Shown here: in pieces, positions 18,313 to 29,142 of the stretch | Position numbering within the stretch: position 1 is the stretch's first letter | How the letters are laid out: every line of letters begins with the position of its first letter | Assembly: GCA_965217865.1 (NCBI GenBank) | Contig: CBDCJO010000002.1 | Coordinates: 1,184,001-1,248,000 of the forward strand | DNA: 64,000 nt | Origin: Candidatus Latescibacterota bacterium | GTDB taxonomy: Bacteria > Latescibacterota > UBA2968 > SICM01 | Direction of reading: 5' to 3' | Position numbers and translations under genes: made by a program | Notes under the pieces: model-generated | Database searches by the model: none | Told to the model about the DNA's origin: nothing | The model's input: the letters and a program-made list of their open reading frames with translations, nothing else

Positions 18313-20595
18313 TCATCCGCCGGATTGTCCGGAATCCTGCGTTTCCAGGTCGGCCAGCGACCCCCGTTTGCTGAAACTGATTCCTGTCGCCAGGACGGCG
18401 AGGCAAAGCACGATGACCGCCATTCGTATAAAGGAAATCTCATTGAATTCTACGTGAATTACGAAAGGCGCAACAAGGAGACCGACAAGGTTCATGACCT
18501 TGATCAGGGGGTTAAACGCTGGTCCCGCCGTGTCCTTGTAAGGATCGCCCACGGTGTCTCCGATCACGCCGGCCTTGTGCGAATCGGTCCCCTTGCCACC
18601 CAGGAATCCGTCCTCGATCTTTTTCTTCGCATTGTCCCAGGTGGCCCCCGTGTTGCACATATAACCAGCCAGCAGTTGCCCCGTCAGGATTGCCCCGGCA
18701 AGATAACCTCCAAGGGCACCCGGACCCAGGCCGAACCCCACGAGCACGGGGGTCGCGATGGCAAGGACACTCGGTCCCAGGAGTTCCTTCTGGGCAGCCG
18801 CTGTCACGATCGACACACAGGTGCCGTATTCGGGTTTCTCCTCACCCGACATGATCCCCGGATGCTCACGAAACTGCCGTCGGACCTCCTCCACGACCTT
18901 GAAGGCGGCTCTGTTTACGGCCTTGATTGCGAATGACGAAAACAGAAACGGCACCGCCCCCCCGATCAACAAACCCACGAAAACCTGTGGGAGGTTGACC
19001 TGGATGCCTTTTTCGACAAGACCGGTCGCGTCGATAAACGAACTGAAAAGCGATATGGCCGCAATCACAGCGGTCGCGATCGCCAGGCCCTTGGTCAGGG
19101 CCTTGGTCGTGTTCCCGATGGCGTCCATCCAGGCGAGGTTCCGGCTTGCCTGGTGCTCCTCGGTGATGCCCGACATCTCGAAGATTCCGTGAGCATTATC
19201 CGTGATCGGGCCGTACGTATCCATCGCCAGGATGAATCCGGTGGTCGTCAGGAGCCCGAGGCCCGTCAACGCGATACCGTAGGCGGCAAGGGCAGGACTG
19301 TCCGGAAAGATGATTAGCGAGGAGATGATTGTCAAGGCGATAGCCAAAACCGCCCAGACCGTCGATTCCAGACCCTCGGACATCCCCGCGAGGATCAGGG
19401 TTGCGGGGCCTGTCCGGGAGGCGACGGCGGTCTCGGTGGTGGGCTTCAGGTTAGGGTGGGTGAAGTGATTGGTCAGCCAAAGCGTGACGATCGCCAGGAC
19501 GATCCCCATCGTGGTCGCCCAGAAGAACCGGAAATCTGGAGCCCCTGTGTTGGGATCGATCAGGTAGAAATAGTTTACGACGGCAAAGCCCGCCACGGAT
19601 ATCAGAGATGCCGTCCAGTAGCCGATGCTGATGGGCCGCATCGGGTCGGCCAGCTCTTCCTCCTTAGCCCTCACCGCCCAGGTGCCGATGATCGACGAGA
19701 AAACCCCCAGGGCTCGGATTAAAAGAGGATATATGATCAGTTTAAGCGCAAAGACTCCAGCCGCAGCCCCGTAGACGCTGTTGAATTCAGCGTCCACCGT
19801 GGTCACCGCCGCCAGAATGATCGCCGCAACGAGGGTCACCTCGTAAGACTCGAACACATCCGCCGCCATCCCCGCGCAATCCCCAACGTTGTCTCCCACG
19901 TTATCCGCAATGACCGCAGCGTTCCGGGGATCATCCTCTGGGATATTCTGTTCCACCTTGCCGACCAGGTCGGCCCCCACATCCGCAGCCTTCGTGAAAA
20001 TGCCCCCCCCAACCCTCATAAACAGAGCCGCAAGCGACCCCCCGAAGCCGAATCCGATCAGGATCTTCATCGCATCCTCTTGGAAGATCATGAAGATCAA
20101 AACGGCTCCAAGAAGCCCGAATCCCACCGTGAACATGCCGGACACGGTCCCCGCACGGAAGGCCAGCTCCAACGCAGGTTTGAAACCCTTCAGGGCTGCG
20201 TTCGCGGTGCGAAGGTTTGCCTTTACCGCAAGCCACATCCCGACATAACCCGCCCCGTAGGATGCAAAGACCCCCATCAAAAAAGCCACAGCGACACCGA
20301 TCGGGAGCGGATGTGGGTATTGCTCGGGCAGGCTATGATACATCAGGAAGAGCCCCGCCGTGATAAGAATCACGAACCAGATCATCGTCTTGACCTGACG
20401 GCCAAGATATGCCATGGCCCCCTCCTCGATCGCCTTTGCGATCTGCTGCATCTGGGGCGTACCCGGGTCCTGTTTGAGGACACTCCGCACGAGATACCAT
20501 CCGTATGCCAACGCGATTAAGGCTGATCCCAAGACCGCCCATAGCAATGTCAACTCCAGTTGTCCCAATGGGGGCAGTTGAATATGACCTTCCAT
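18313..20595 (-). CDS. hppA: Membrane-bound ion-pumping pyrophosphatase, K+-independent type
   Basis: GGGIFTKAADVGADLVGKVE, DNVGDNVGD, GDTVGDPYKDT; GNTTKA signature. Confidence 0.95.
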   Translation of the reverse strand: MEGHIQLPPLGQLELTLLWAVLGSALIALAYGWYLVRSVLKQDPGTPQMQQIAKAIEEGAMAYLGRQVKTMIWFVILITAGLFLMYHSLPEQYPHPLPIGVAVAFLMGVFASYGAGYVGMWLAVKANLRTANAALKGFKPALELAFRAGTVSGMFTVGFGLLGAVLIFMIFQEDAMKILIGFGFGGSLAALFMRVGGGIFTKAADVGADLVGKVEQNIPEDDPRNAAVIADNVGDNVGDCAGMAADVFESYEVTLVAAIILAAVTTVDAEFNSVYGAAAGVFALKLIIYPLLIRALGVFSSIIGTWAVRAKEEELADPMRPISIGYWTASLISVAGFAVVNYFYLIDPNTGAPDFRFFWATTMGIVLAIVTLWLTNHFTHPNLKPTTETAVASRTGPATLILAGMSEGLESTVWAVLAIALTIISSLIIFPDSPALAAYGIALTGLGLLTTTGFILAMDTYGPITDNAHGIFEMSGITEEHQASRNLAWMDAIGNTTKALTKGLAIATAVIAAISLFSSFIDATGLVEKGIQVNLPQVFVGLLIGGAVPFLFSSFAIKAVNRAAFKVVEEVRRQFREHPGIMSGEEKPEYGTCVSIVTAAAQKELLGPSVLAIATPVLVGFGLGPGALGGYLAGAILTGQLLAGYMCNTGATWDNAKKKIEDGFLGGKGTDSHKAGVIGDTVGDPYKDTAGPAFNPLIKVMNLVGLLVAPFVIHVEFNEISFIRMAVIVLCLAVLATGISFSKRGSLADLETQDSGQSGG

Positions 20596-20821
20596 AAATC
20601 TGTTAATCCCTCCTCGTGAGATCGACTTTCATCCACCCCTCATCCGGATTGCAAAAAAATCCTCCTACCGCCACAGGTCAGGCCCGTCTCGGTAAGAGTC
20701 CTGGAGATATCCACCCCGCGTTGAAAGGCGAATCAGTCTTCGGATTTCTTTCTATTCTCTTGGCTGCCAATGAGTTATTAATCAGATAATCCCCTTGTGC
20801 ACCGGTCCCGAACAGATATGA

Positions 20822-20850
20822 AATATATCGATTTCATCCGGTTCTGTCAA
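20822..20850 (-). promoter_or_regulatory. Sigma70-like promoter for hppA
   Basis: TTGACA-17 nt-TATATT on - strand. Confidence 0.6.
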
Positions 20851-20965
20851 CCCAAACCCGTCCCTAACGACAAAATGGCGGACGATCCGCCTTCGCTCGC
20901 ACCGTGTTTCACCTTGGCCCTATGGAAAACTTGAAAACCAGGAATGTGGAACGTGACACCCGGAA

Positions 20966-22954
20966 CTATTTCCCCGCCGCCATCCGGGACTTCAATCGGG
21001 AAATTTCGTCCCGGAACTTTGCAGCCTTCTCAAATTCCAATCTACCGGCTGCACGCTTCATCTTCTTTTCCAACTGTGAAATAAGATCCACGACATTGTC
21101 GGTTTCATAGACCGGTTCGGGCTCCGCCACCTTCGCTTCACGTCGAGCATCCGCGACCGAAGTGGCCAGCATCACCTCTTCCACAGACTTGGTGATGGTT
21201 TTGGGCTCGATTCCGTGCGCCTCGTTGTAGTCCTTCTGGATCCCCCTGCGCCGGTTCGTCTCGGATAATGTCTTCTGGATCGCATTCGTCATCTTATCGG
21301 CGTAAAGGATCACTTCACCGGCAAGGTGCCGCGCGGCCCGGCCTGCGGTCTGAATCAGAGAGCGTTCCGATCTGAGAAATCCCTCCTTATCGGCGTCCAA
21401 GATGGCCACGAGCGATACCTCGGGGAGATCGAGCCCCTCCCGAAGAAGGTTGACTCCGACCAGGACGTCGAAATCACCCAGGCGGAGGCTCCGAAGGGTT
21501 TCGACCCGTTCGAGCGACTCGATCTCGGAGTGAAGGTAACGCACTCGGACACCCATCTCCCGCATGTAGTCTGCCAAATCCTCAGACATCCGTTTAGTCA
21601 GCGTCGTAACGAGGACCCGCTCCTCCCGATCCACACGGATTTTGACTTCCTCCAGAAGATCGTCGACTTGGCCTCGAACCGGTTTAACTCTGATCTGTGG
21701 GTCTAGCAAGCCCGTCGGTCGGATGATCTGTTCCACGACGACTCCCTTGCTCCTCTCGAGTTCATATTCCGCAGGCGTGGCCGAAACGAAGATACATTGC
21801 CGAATCTTCTTCTCAAACTCGTCGAAGAAGAGAGGTCGATTGTCGTAGGCTGAAGGCAGCCGGAATCCGTGTTCGACCAGCATGTCCTTCCGGGAGCGAT
21901 CTCCAGCCCACATGCTACGGATCTGCGGACTCGTGACGTGGGACTCGTCGATGATCAGGAGAAAATCCTCCGGAAAGTAATCGATCAGCACGTTTGGGGG
22001 TTCCCCGGTTGTCCGGCCGTCCATGAAACGGGAATAGTTCTCAATTCCGGAACAGTAACCGATTTCCCGCATCATCTCCATGTCGTAGCGAGTCCTGGTC
22101 TCAAGGCGCTGGGCTTCGAGCAGTTTTCCCTCTGACTTGAACCATTCCGTTCTTTCATGGAGTTCCTTGTCGATCTCAAAGCACGCTTCTTCGATCTTTC
22201 GCGCCGTTGTTACGAAATGTTTGGCCGGATAGATCGCAGCCCGGGATTTCTCCTCGACAACCTCACCGGTCAAGATGTTAATGACAGACAGACCTTCGAC
22301 CTCGTCTCCGAACAACTCGACGCGAACGGCTTGCTCGTCGTCCGCGGGCAGGATCTCCACGACATCCCCCCTCACCCGAAAGGTTCCACGGGCAAATTCG
22401 AAATCGTTGCGGGTATAGTGGATGTCCACAAGCCTTCGTAGAAGGTTGTCCCGGTCGATCTCCTGTCCAACCTCCAGAAAGACGTGCATATTCTTGTACT
22501 CTTTGGGGGAACCGATGCCGTAGATGCAGGATACGCTCGCCACGATGATCACATCCTCCCTCTCCAGGAGGGCGCTGGTTGCTTTGAGGCGAAGCCGATC
22601 GATCTCGTCGTTGATATCGACCTCTTTCTCGATGTAGGTATCCGTGACCGGCATATAGGCTTCGGGTTGATAATAATCATAATAACTGATAAAATATTCT
22701 ACTGCGTTCTCCGGAAAAAATCCCTTGAACTCTCCGTACAGCTGCGCGGCAAGCGTCTTGTTGTGGGAGATAACGAGGGTGGGTTTTTGGACGTTTTCGA
22801 TCACCTTCGCGCAGGTATAAGTCTTTCCGGAACCGGTGACCCCCAAGAGCGTTTGAAATCGACCCTCTCCCTTGAGGCCCTCCGTCAACTCCCGGATGGC
22901 CTGGGGCTGATCCCCTTTCGGGACGAAATCGGAAATGACTTTAAATGCAGACAT
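20966..22954 (-). CDS. uvrB: Excinuclease ABC subunit B
   Basis: [30 protein letters not shown]-terminal UVR domain. Confidence 0.97.
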   Translation of the reverse strand: MSAFKVISDFVPKGDQPQAIRELTEGLKGEGRFQTLLGVTGSGKTYTCAKVIENVQKPTLVISHNKTLAAQLYGEFKGFFPENAVEYFISYYDYYQPEAYMPVTDTYIEKEVDINDEIDRLRLKATSALLEREDVIIVASVSCIYGIGSPKEYKNMHVFLEVGQEIDRDNLLRRLVDIHYTRNDFEFARGTFRVRGDVVEILPADDEQAVRVELFGDEVEGLSVINILTGEVVEEKSRAAIYPAKHFVTTARKIEEACFEIDKELHERTEWFKSEGKLLEAQRLETRTRYDMEMMREIGYCSGIENYSRFMDGRTTGEPPNVLIDYFPEDFLLIIDESHVTSPQIRSMWAGDRSRKDMLVEHGFRLPSAYDNRPLFFDEFEKKIRQCIFVSATPAEYELERSKGVVVEQIIRPTGLLDPQIRVKPVRGQVDDLLEEVKIRVDREERVLVTTLTKRMSEDLADYMREMGVRVRYLHSEIESLERVETLRSLRLGDFDVLVGVNLLREGLDLPEVSLVAILDADKEGFLRSERSLIQTAGRAARHLAGEVILYADKMTNAIQKTLSETNRRRGIQKDYNEAHGIEPKTITKSVEEVMLATSVADARREAKVAEPEPVYETDNVVDLISQLEKKMKRAAGRLEFEKAAKFRDEISRLKSRMAAGK

Positions 22955-23065
22955 AGATAGGTTTTTAAGGTGGATCGGTGGCGATTGACATTCCAAAACA
23001 TAAGGGATCTAAGGGACTGAGTCAAGCGGGTTGTCGGATGGTTTGGAAGCTTACTCATAAATAAA

Positions 23066-23960
23066 GGTGATTGAGTAGATATTGGCACCAGCGTATATTA
23101 ATAATATGCTGGTAATTAATCCACTTAAGTTAGCAAATGACTGCAAGATAAGTAGGGCCTATTTTCGTGCAGCCCGTTGGGGTGGAAAAAGGCGATGTCC
23201 AAGCTGCGATTATCAGCGCAGGTTGCCCTTATTAAAAGACGATCGGTTCAGGTGTTCACGGTGTGGATATCGGTTTAAAGATTTCACGGGCACTTATCTT
23301 GAAAGGCTTCGAATTTCATTTGACGAGCTTGCCCATTTACTTTATCTGTTTGTATTGGGAGTGCCCTCTTACCGATCCAGGCACTACCTGTCCGTATCGC
23401 TGAAAACGGCTCAGCGGATTTATACCACGTTTCGCCAGGCCATCTACGATCATAGCTTTACGGACCAGGTGCTTTGGGGTGAGATCGAGTTGGACGAGGC
23501 GATGTATGGAGGTCATCATAAGGGTAAGCGTGGATGGGGAGCAGCCGGAAAACACTTGGTTTTCGGGCTTTATCAGAGGAACGGAAAAGTCCTCACCTTT
23601 CCCATTCCGGATCGAAGTCGAAACACCCTTACACCGCTTGTGACCTCACACACCAAAGCAGGCAGTCTATACTACACCGATGACTGGCACGCCTACACTT
23701 GGCTGTCAGTCAAAGGTGACCACGTGGTTGTTCGAAAAGAAGAAGGGGTGCCCAAAGGCAAAGGCCGACATCACATCAATGGCATCGAAGGCTTCTGGAG
23801 TTTTTCTAAAAATTGGCTATCAATACAGAGGAATCCCTCGACATCATTTCCATTTATACCTGAAGGAAACAGAGTTCAGATTCAACCAGGAAGACGAGGA
23901 TCTCTTCCCAATTATTGCTTCATATCTGGTGAATCTGGTACCAATATCTTCCTAATTACC
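23066..23960 (+). mobile_element. IS1595-family insertion sequence
   Basis: Imperfect 26-bp terminal IRs (ggtgattgagtagatattggcaccag / ggtaattaggaagatattggtaccag) flanked by 8-bp TSD TAAATAAA (23058-65, 23961-68). Confidence 0.9.
23106..23955 (+). pseudogene. IS1595 transposase with frameshift near 23820
   Basis: Zn ribbon CPSC...CSRC, IELDE, YTDDW, INGIEGFWS; conserved YRG...YLKETEFRFN tail lies in another frame. Confidence 0.85.
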
Positions 23961-23986
23961 TAAATAAAAGGTCGATTGATTTTGTT

Positions 23987-24015
23987 TTGACAAACCTCCA
24001 GTCGGAAATTATATT
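23987..24015 (+). promoter_or_regulatory. Sigma70-like promoter
   Basis: TTGACA-17 nt-TATATT upstream of ABC permease. Confidence 0.6.
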
Positions 24016-24099
24016 GCGCCTCCTTAATACAGAAACTGCGTGCCCCAAGTTCTCGATACGACGATTCAAGTCCGTTTCGCAGTCATCACCCCTGAGTTT

Positions 24100-24900
24100 A
24101 TGATCAGTATGAAAAAGTTTGCACGCTTAAGCCGGTCGATCCGCGAATATTCACTCTCCGCCTTATTCATCTCCGTTGTTCTGATCCTCTGGGAAGTCGG
24201 ACATCACCTTTTCAGCGTTGCGGACTATGTCCTGCCCGCCCCTTCCGACATCTTCATAAGGATTGGGGCCAGCGGTCCCCTCCTGTTCGATCACGCCTTG
24301 GTGACGTTGAAAGAGGTTGTGGGCGGGTTCATGCTCGGGGCGTCTGTAGGGGTCTCAGTTGCGGCCCTCATGGCCTCCTCGAGGGTCATCGAGAGAATGC
24401 TTTACCCCCTGGTCGTCTCTTCTCAGACATTTCCAAAAGAGGCATTGGCCCCACTGTTCGTGGTATGGTTCGGGTTCGGCCTGGCCCCAAAGGTCGTCAT
24501 CGCCGGGTTGATCTCATTCTTTCCGGTCGTCGTCAATATGACCCGGGGCCTCCTCAGCGTCGATCCGCTGGCCCTGGACCTGTTGCGTTCCCTGTCCGCC
24601 AGCAAACGTCAGATCTTTCTCAAGCTCCGCTTCCCCAACGCCGTGCCCTACCTGTTCGCCGCCCTGAAGATGTGTGTGACCCTCAGTGTGATCGGGGCCG
24701 TCGTCGGAGAGTTCGTGGGATCGAGCGCAGGCCTCGGTCATCTTATACGCCTGGCCAACACGGAGATGGCCACGGATCTGGTCTTCGCCGCATTGATCGC
24801 CTTGGGCATTATGGGCACCCTCCTTTTCTTGATCGTCGAAGCGGCGGAGAAGATCTGCCTGAAGCGATGGGGCTTTTCAGTAGAAGGCCGCGAAAGGTAA
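24100..24900 (+). CDS. ABC transporter permease, NitT/TauT family
   Basis: LPAPS, LAPLFVVWFGFG, GAVVGEF. Confidence 0.9.
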   Translation: MISMKKFARLSRSIREYSLSALFISVVLILWEVGHHLFSVADYVLPAPSDIFIRIGASGPLLFDHALVTLKEVVGGFMLGASVGVSVAALMASSRVIERMLYPLVVSSQTFPKEALAPLFVVWFGFGLAPKVVIAGLISFFPVVVNMTRGLLSVDPLALDLLRSLSASKRQIFLKLRFPNAVPYLFAALKMCVTLSVIGAVVGEFVGSSAGLGHLIRLANTEMATDLVFAALIALGIMGTLLFLIVEAAEKICLKRWGFSVEGRER

Positions 24901-24943
24901 CCGGACGGGTGAGTTTTCGGACCCCGATCCATATATTTTCCAA

Positions 24944-25921
24944 ATGATTATGCGCAGACACTGGGTCGTTTTCCTGATCTCAATATCCATATCATCGTGC
25001 GCCCCGAAGGTGGAGGATGGTCGGAATATCGAGTTCGTCCTGGACTGGAAGGCGCAGATGGAGCACGCGGGCTTCTTCGTGGCTCAAGGGAAGGGATATT
25101 ACAGGGAGGTGGGATTGAGGGTGAAAATCCTGGAAGGAAACAGTGCGATGAACGCCGCGATCCTGGTGGGAAACGGCACATACAACCTGGGGGTGTCAAG
25201 CGGCGCGGCAACCGTCATCGCCCGTTCCAGAGGAGCCCCCGTGGTCTCTCTGGCCGTGATCAATCAACGTTCCCCAGTGGTGATCTACGCCCTTAAGGGA
25301 GCCGGGATCAAGAGGCCTCAGGATCTTGTCTCAAAGCGGGTGGGGGTCAACTTCGGAGGGATCAAGTTCCAGGAGTACCGGGCGTTTTTGACGAAACTCA
25401 GCATCGACCCGACGACGATCACGGAGATTGGGATGGCCGGTTCCGACCCCACGCCGTTGCTGACCGGCCAGGTGGATGCCATGCTCGGTTATACTCAGGA
25501 CCAGCCCGTTTTGGTGAAACTCAGAGGGTACGAGGTCGATCAGATCCCGTTAGCCGATTACGGCGTGAACCTCTACAGTACGAACATCGTGGGAAATGAA
25601 GCGTTTCTCCGGAGCCACCCGGATCTCGTGCGCCGATTCATCGGGGCATCCGTCAAGGGATGGAACCATGCGATCGCCTATCCGGAGGAGGCGGTTTCAA
25701 CCTACCACACAAAGCATCCGGAGAGTGACGTGACGTTCAACAGGGCAAATTTTCAACATCTGATCCCCCTCTTGACACATACCGATAAGTCGGACTTCGG
25801 GAGGCAATCTGCATCCCGATGGTCCCACACACAGGACACCCTCTACGAACTGAAGCGCATCGAGAAAATGACCCCTCTGGACCAACTCTTCACAAACGGA
25901 TTCCTGCCTCATACGGAGTAG
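24944..25921 (+). CDS. ABC substrate-binding lipoprotein, NMT1/THI5-like
   Basis: Lipobox-like ISSC; LDWKAQMEHAGFFVAQGKGYY. Confidence 0.88.
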   Translation: MIMRRHWVVFLISISISSCAPKVEDGRNIEFVLDWKAQMEHAGFFVAQGKGYYREVGLRVKILEGNSAMNAAILVGNGTYNLGVSSGAATVIARSRGAPVVSLAVINQRSPVVIYALKGAGIKRPQDLVSKRVGVNFGGIKFQEYRAFLTKLSIDPTTITEIGMAGSDPTPLLTGQVDAMLGYTQDQPVLVKLRGYEVDQIPLADYGVNLYSTNIVGNEAFLRSHPDLVRRFIGASVKGWNHAIAYPEEAVSTYHTKHPESDVTFNRANFQHLIPLLTHTDKSDFGRQSASRWSHTQDTLYELKRIEKMTPLDQLFTNGFLPHTE

Positions 25922-25936
25922 ACGATCTCGAAGTCT

Positions 25937-26734
25937 CTACTCCGACCCCAGCATCCCTCTGATTCCTTCAACCAATCCCACAAACTCCGAGTCCCCCCTT
26001 AGTTTCGCCTCTCGAGGACGAGGAAAAGGAACCGGAATATCGTGAATGATATGTCCCGGCCTCGGGCTCATGACCACGACCCGATCCGACAGCAAAACAG
26101 CTTCGGATAGGCTGTGTGTGACGAAGAGTACCGTCGTCTTCCACGTCTGCCATAACCGAAGGACCTCGACTTGGATTTTTTCCCGGGTGATCTCGTCGAG
26201 GGCGCCGAAAGGCTCGTCCATCAACAGCAGGCCAGGCTTGTAGGTGAGCACACGGGCAATGGCGACCCTGGATTGCATCCCCCCCGAAAGCTCCCGCGGA
26301 TAGGCCTCCTCAAACCCGGCCAACCCTACGGTTTCCAGGATAGATTCTGCTAAATGGCGAATGGATGCATCCCCGAACACCTCTCCGGGAAGCCTGACAT
26401 TTTCAATCACGGTTCGCCAGGGAAGGAGGGTGGGGTCTTGAAAGACAAAGCCCACTTGCCTGCGCAAACGGGCTTCTTTGGGGGAATTGCCGTGAATTTG
26501 GACTTCACCGAAGGTGGGATCATCCAGATCCGCAAGGATCCGTAAAAGGCTTGTCTTTCCACAACCCGAGGGACCGACCACACTCACGAAGGTCCCTTCG
26601 GAAACCGCAAGATCAAGATCCTGAAGGGCGACAACGCGGTTGTGGTTTTCTGAAAAAGTCTTGCTCAAGCGGGATGTTCGGATCGCATCCTTCCCTCCGT
26701 CCGTCCGGAAAACCTGCCGGGTCAGGTTTGACAC
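25937..26734 (-). CDS. ABC ATP-binding protein, NitT/TauT family
   Basis: GPSGCGKT, FQDPTLLPW, LSGGMQ, MDEPFGALD. Confidence 0.93.
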   Translation of the reverse strand: MSNLTRQVFRTDGGKDAIRTSRLSKTFSENHNRVVALQDLDLAVSEGTFVSVVGPSGCGKTSLLRILADLDDPTFGEVQIHGNSPKEARLRRQVGFVFQDPTLLPWRTVIENVRLPGEVFGDASIRHLAESILETVGLAGFEEAYPRELSGGMQSRVAIARVLTYKPGLLLMDEPFGALDEITREKIQVEVLRLWQTWKTTVLFVTHSLSEAVLLSDRVVVMSPRPGHIIHDIPVPFPRPREAKLRGDSEFVGLVEGIRGMLGSE

Positions 26735-27147
26735 GTCCGCTTTACCATCTTCAATTCAGTCCCTCTATTGGACGGTCGGATCTCCACTTCATCCATACAA
26801 GATCTGATCATCAGAATACCCCGGCCGGATGGTTTGAGGAGGTTTTCTTTGGTGCGGGGATCGGGAAGTGACTTCGGGTCGAAACCGTTCCCTTGATCCC
26901 GAACCGTGACGGTGATGACATCCTTCCGGAGATCGAACTCCATCTCGACCTGTTTGCCCGGATCCTGATGGTTGCCGTGAGTGATCGCGTTGATCACCGC
27001 CTCGGTGACAGCGATGCACAAACTGGCCTCTTCATCCTCAGACAGGCCCATCTGTTTGGCGAACTTACCCGTCATCACCTCCACGCGTTTGACCATTTCC
27101 ATCGAGCTTGGGATGGTCAGCTTATGGCTGCCAGGGGTTTTTTTCAT
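26722..27147 (-). CDS. Anti-sigma factor Ser/Thr kinase (RsbW-like)
   Basis: EAVINAITHGN, DQGNGFD, GRGI. Confidence 0.9.
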   Translation of the reverse strand: MKKTPGSHKLTIPSSMEMVKRVEVMTGKFAKQMGLSEDEEASLCIAVTEAVINAITHGNHQDPGKQVEMEFDLRKDVITVTVRDQGNGFDPKSLPDPRTKENLLKPSGRGILMIRSCMDEVEIRPSNRGTELKMVKRTCQT

Positions 27148-27182
27148 GAAGCGTCGGTCCCTAATATGGAAGCGATCCGAAT

Positions 27183-27536
27183 CTATTTAGATGGTTTGAT
27201 CAGATAGCTTGAGACCGCCCGATCCACGGACTCATACGTGGCGAACAAGCTTGCGAGTTGCGTGACGGCAAAGATACTGTTCACCCGCTTTGCGACATTT
27301 GCCAGACGAAGGTCTCCTTCCGCGTTTTTTAGCGTCGTGAGACTGGCCACGAGGACCCCGAGCATAGCGCTGCCGAACCACCGGACATTTCCGAGATCCA
27401 CCACGACCTTCTTGAACCCATCGTTTACAAGGCTTTTGATTTTATCGTGAAAATCGCCTACCTCCGGACCGCTGATCGTCTCGTGCTTGAGTGTGTACAC
27501 CGCAACGTCACCTCTCATCTCTTCCTTCATATTCAT
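27183..27536 (-). CDS. Anti-sigma factor antagonist (STAS, RsbV-like)
   Basis: VVVDLGNVRWFGSAMLGVL; GGAGG RBS before ATG 27536. Confidence 0.88.
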   Translation of the reverse strand: MNMKEEMRGDVAVYTLKHETISGPEVGDFHDKIKSLVNDGFKKVVVDLGNVRWFGSAMLGVLVASLTTLKNAEGDLRLANVAKRVNSIFAVTQLASLFATYESVDRAVSSYLIKPSK

Positions 27537-29124
27537 TTGAACCTCCTGTGTTAGCGTAACGTCTATTTCTCTTCTGTGGCTGTTCGGCATGTTGATAATA
27601 TCTCTCGATGGCCTTGACCAGGCCCGAGACCGTCATGTCGTAGGGATCCGCCTCTGCGACGATCTCGATTCCGTAATCCCGGGCAGCCTGGGTGGTAATC
27701 GGCCCAATAGAGGCGCCTTTGATCGATCCCGTTAAACTTTCTGAATTCCCACCCCCTTGGCTTAGGAGATCCACAAAGTTCGATACGGTAGAGGAACTGG
27801 TGAACGTGACAAGATCCACCTCCCCACGCTTGAATTTGTCCTTCATGGAATCGGGAGCAACACCGGGCCGTACGGTCCGGTATACAGCAACGACACACAC
27901 CTCTGCTCCCATTTTGGAAAGAGCCCCCGGAAGGACGTCACGGGCGACGGCCGCACGCGGGAGGAGAATTTTCTTCCCACAAAGGTCTTGCTTTCCGAAC
28001 GCTTCCACCAGCGACTCCGCCACGTTTTGCTCCGGAAGAAGATCGGGATGCAGCCCGTAGTCCTTCAAGCGGGAGGCTGTTCCGGGACCGATCGTACACA
28101 GTCGTGATCCCGCCACCGCACGGGCATCGAACCCCGCCTGGAACAAACGGGCGAAAAATCGATCCACCCCGTTCGCGCTGGTGAATACGATCCAGTGGAA
28201 TTCCTTGAGTTGCCTGATGGCATCGTCAACCGGTCCCCAATCGTCCGGATCTTCGATCTGTATGGTCGGAAAAGCTACGGCCTCCCCGCCGAGATCCTCG
28301 AGAAGCCCGATCAATTCCGGGGCTTGTTGACGTGTTCGCGTGACGAGGATACGGCGTCCGAAAAGGGGCTTTTTCTCGAACCAGGAGAGACGTTTGCGCA
28401 TGTGCACCACCTCGCCCACCACGATCAGCGCAGGGCCTTGAAAGTCCTCGTTCTCGGCAAGCTCGACGATACCGGACAGATCCCCGATAAGCGTCCGCTG
28501 CTCCGGCTTTGTCCCCCACCGAATCAACGCGACAGCCGTGGTGGGGGCGTGCCCACTCTCGATAAGCCGATCCACGATCTGGGGCAAGTTGCGGACGCCC
28601 ATCAGGAACACAAGGGTATCCGCCCCGGAGATCGCACCGGGAAGATTCAACTGGAGGTCATCATCGCCCTCTTGATGTCCCGTGATGAAGGCAACGCTTC
28701 GGGCGACATCCCGATGTGTGATCGGAATCCCGGCATAAGCCGGCGCGGCGATCGCCGATGTGATACCTGGCACAACCTCGAAAGGCACGCCTGCGCGGGC
28801 CAAGGCCTCACACTCTTCGCCCCCTCGGCCGAATACGAAGGGATCCCCCCCCTTGAGGCGGACGACGATCTTTCCCGCCTTGGCGTTTGCGATCAGAAGT
28901 CCGTTAATCTCATCCTGGTTCAAGGTTCGGCTTCCAGACCGATGCCCGACGTAGATTCTCTCGCAATCCGAACGGGTCTCATTCAGAAGACGCATAGATA
29001 TCAAGGAGTCGTACAGGACGCAATCCGCCGAGCGGATGCGGTCCAGGCCCTTCACCGTAACCAGTCCTGGATCGCCGGGACCTGCGCCGACAAGATAGAC
29101 TTTTCCGGTTGCCACAGCCAACAT
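27508..29124 (-). CDS. cobA/hemD: Uroporphyrinogen-III C-methyltransferase/synthase fusion
   Basis: GAGPGDPG, RLKGGDPFVFGRGGEE; HemD motifs FTSANGV and FTSSSTV. Confidence 0.95.
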   Translation of the reverse strand: MLAVATGKVYLVGAGPGDPGLVTVKGLDRIRSADCVLYDSLISMRLLNETRSDCERIYVGHRSGSRTLNQDEINGLLIANAKAGKIVVRLKGGDPFVFGRGGEECEALARAGVPFEVVPGITSAIAAPAYAGIPITHRDVARSVAFITGHQEGDDDLQLNLPGAISGADTLVFLMGVRNLPQIVDRLIESGHAPTTAVALIRWGTKPEQRTLIGDLSGIVELAENEDFQGPALIVVGEVVHMRKRLSWFEKKPLFGRRILVTRTRQQAPELIGLLEDLGGEAVAFPTIQIEDPDDWGPVDDAIRQLKEFHWIVFTSANGVDRFFARLFQAGFDARAVAGSRLCTIGPGTASRLKDYGLHPDLLPEQNVAESLVEAFGKQDLCGKKILLPRAAVARDVLPGALSKMGAEVCVVAVYRTVRPGVAPDSMKDKFKRGEVDLVTFTSSSTVSNFVDLLSQGGGNSESLTGSIKGASIGPITTQAARDYGIEIVAEADPYDMTVSGLVKAIERYYQHAEQPQKRNRRYANTGGSNEYEGRDER

Positions 29125-29142
29125 CTGCCAAAGGGAAATTAA

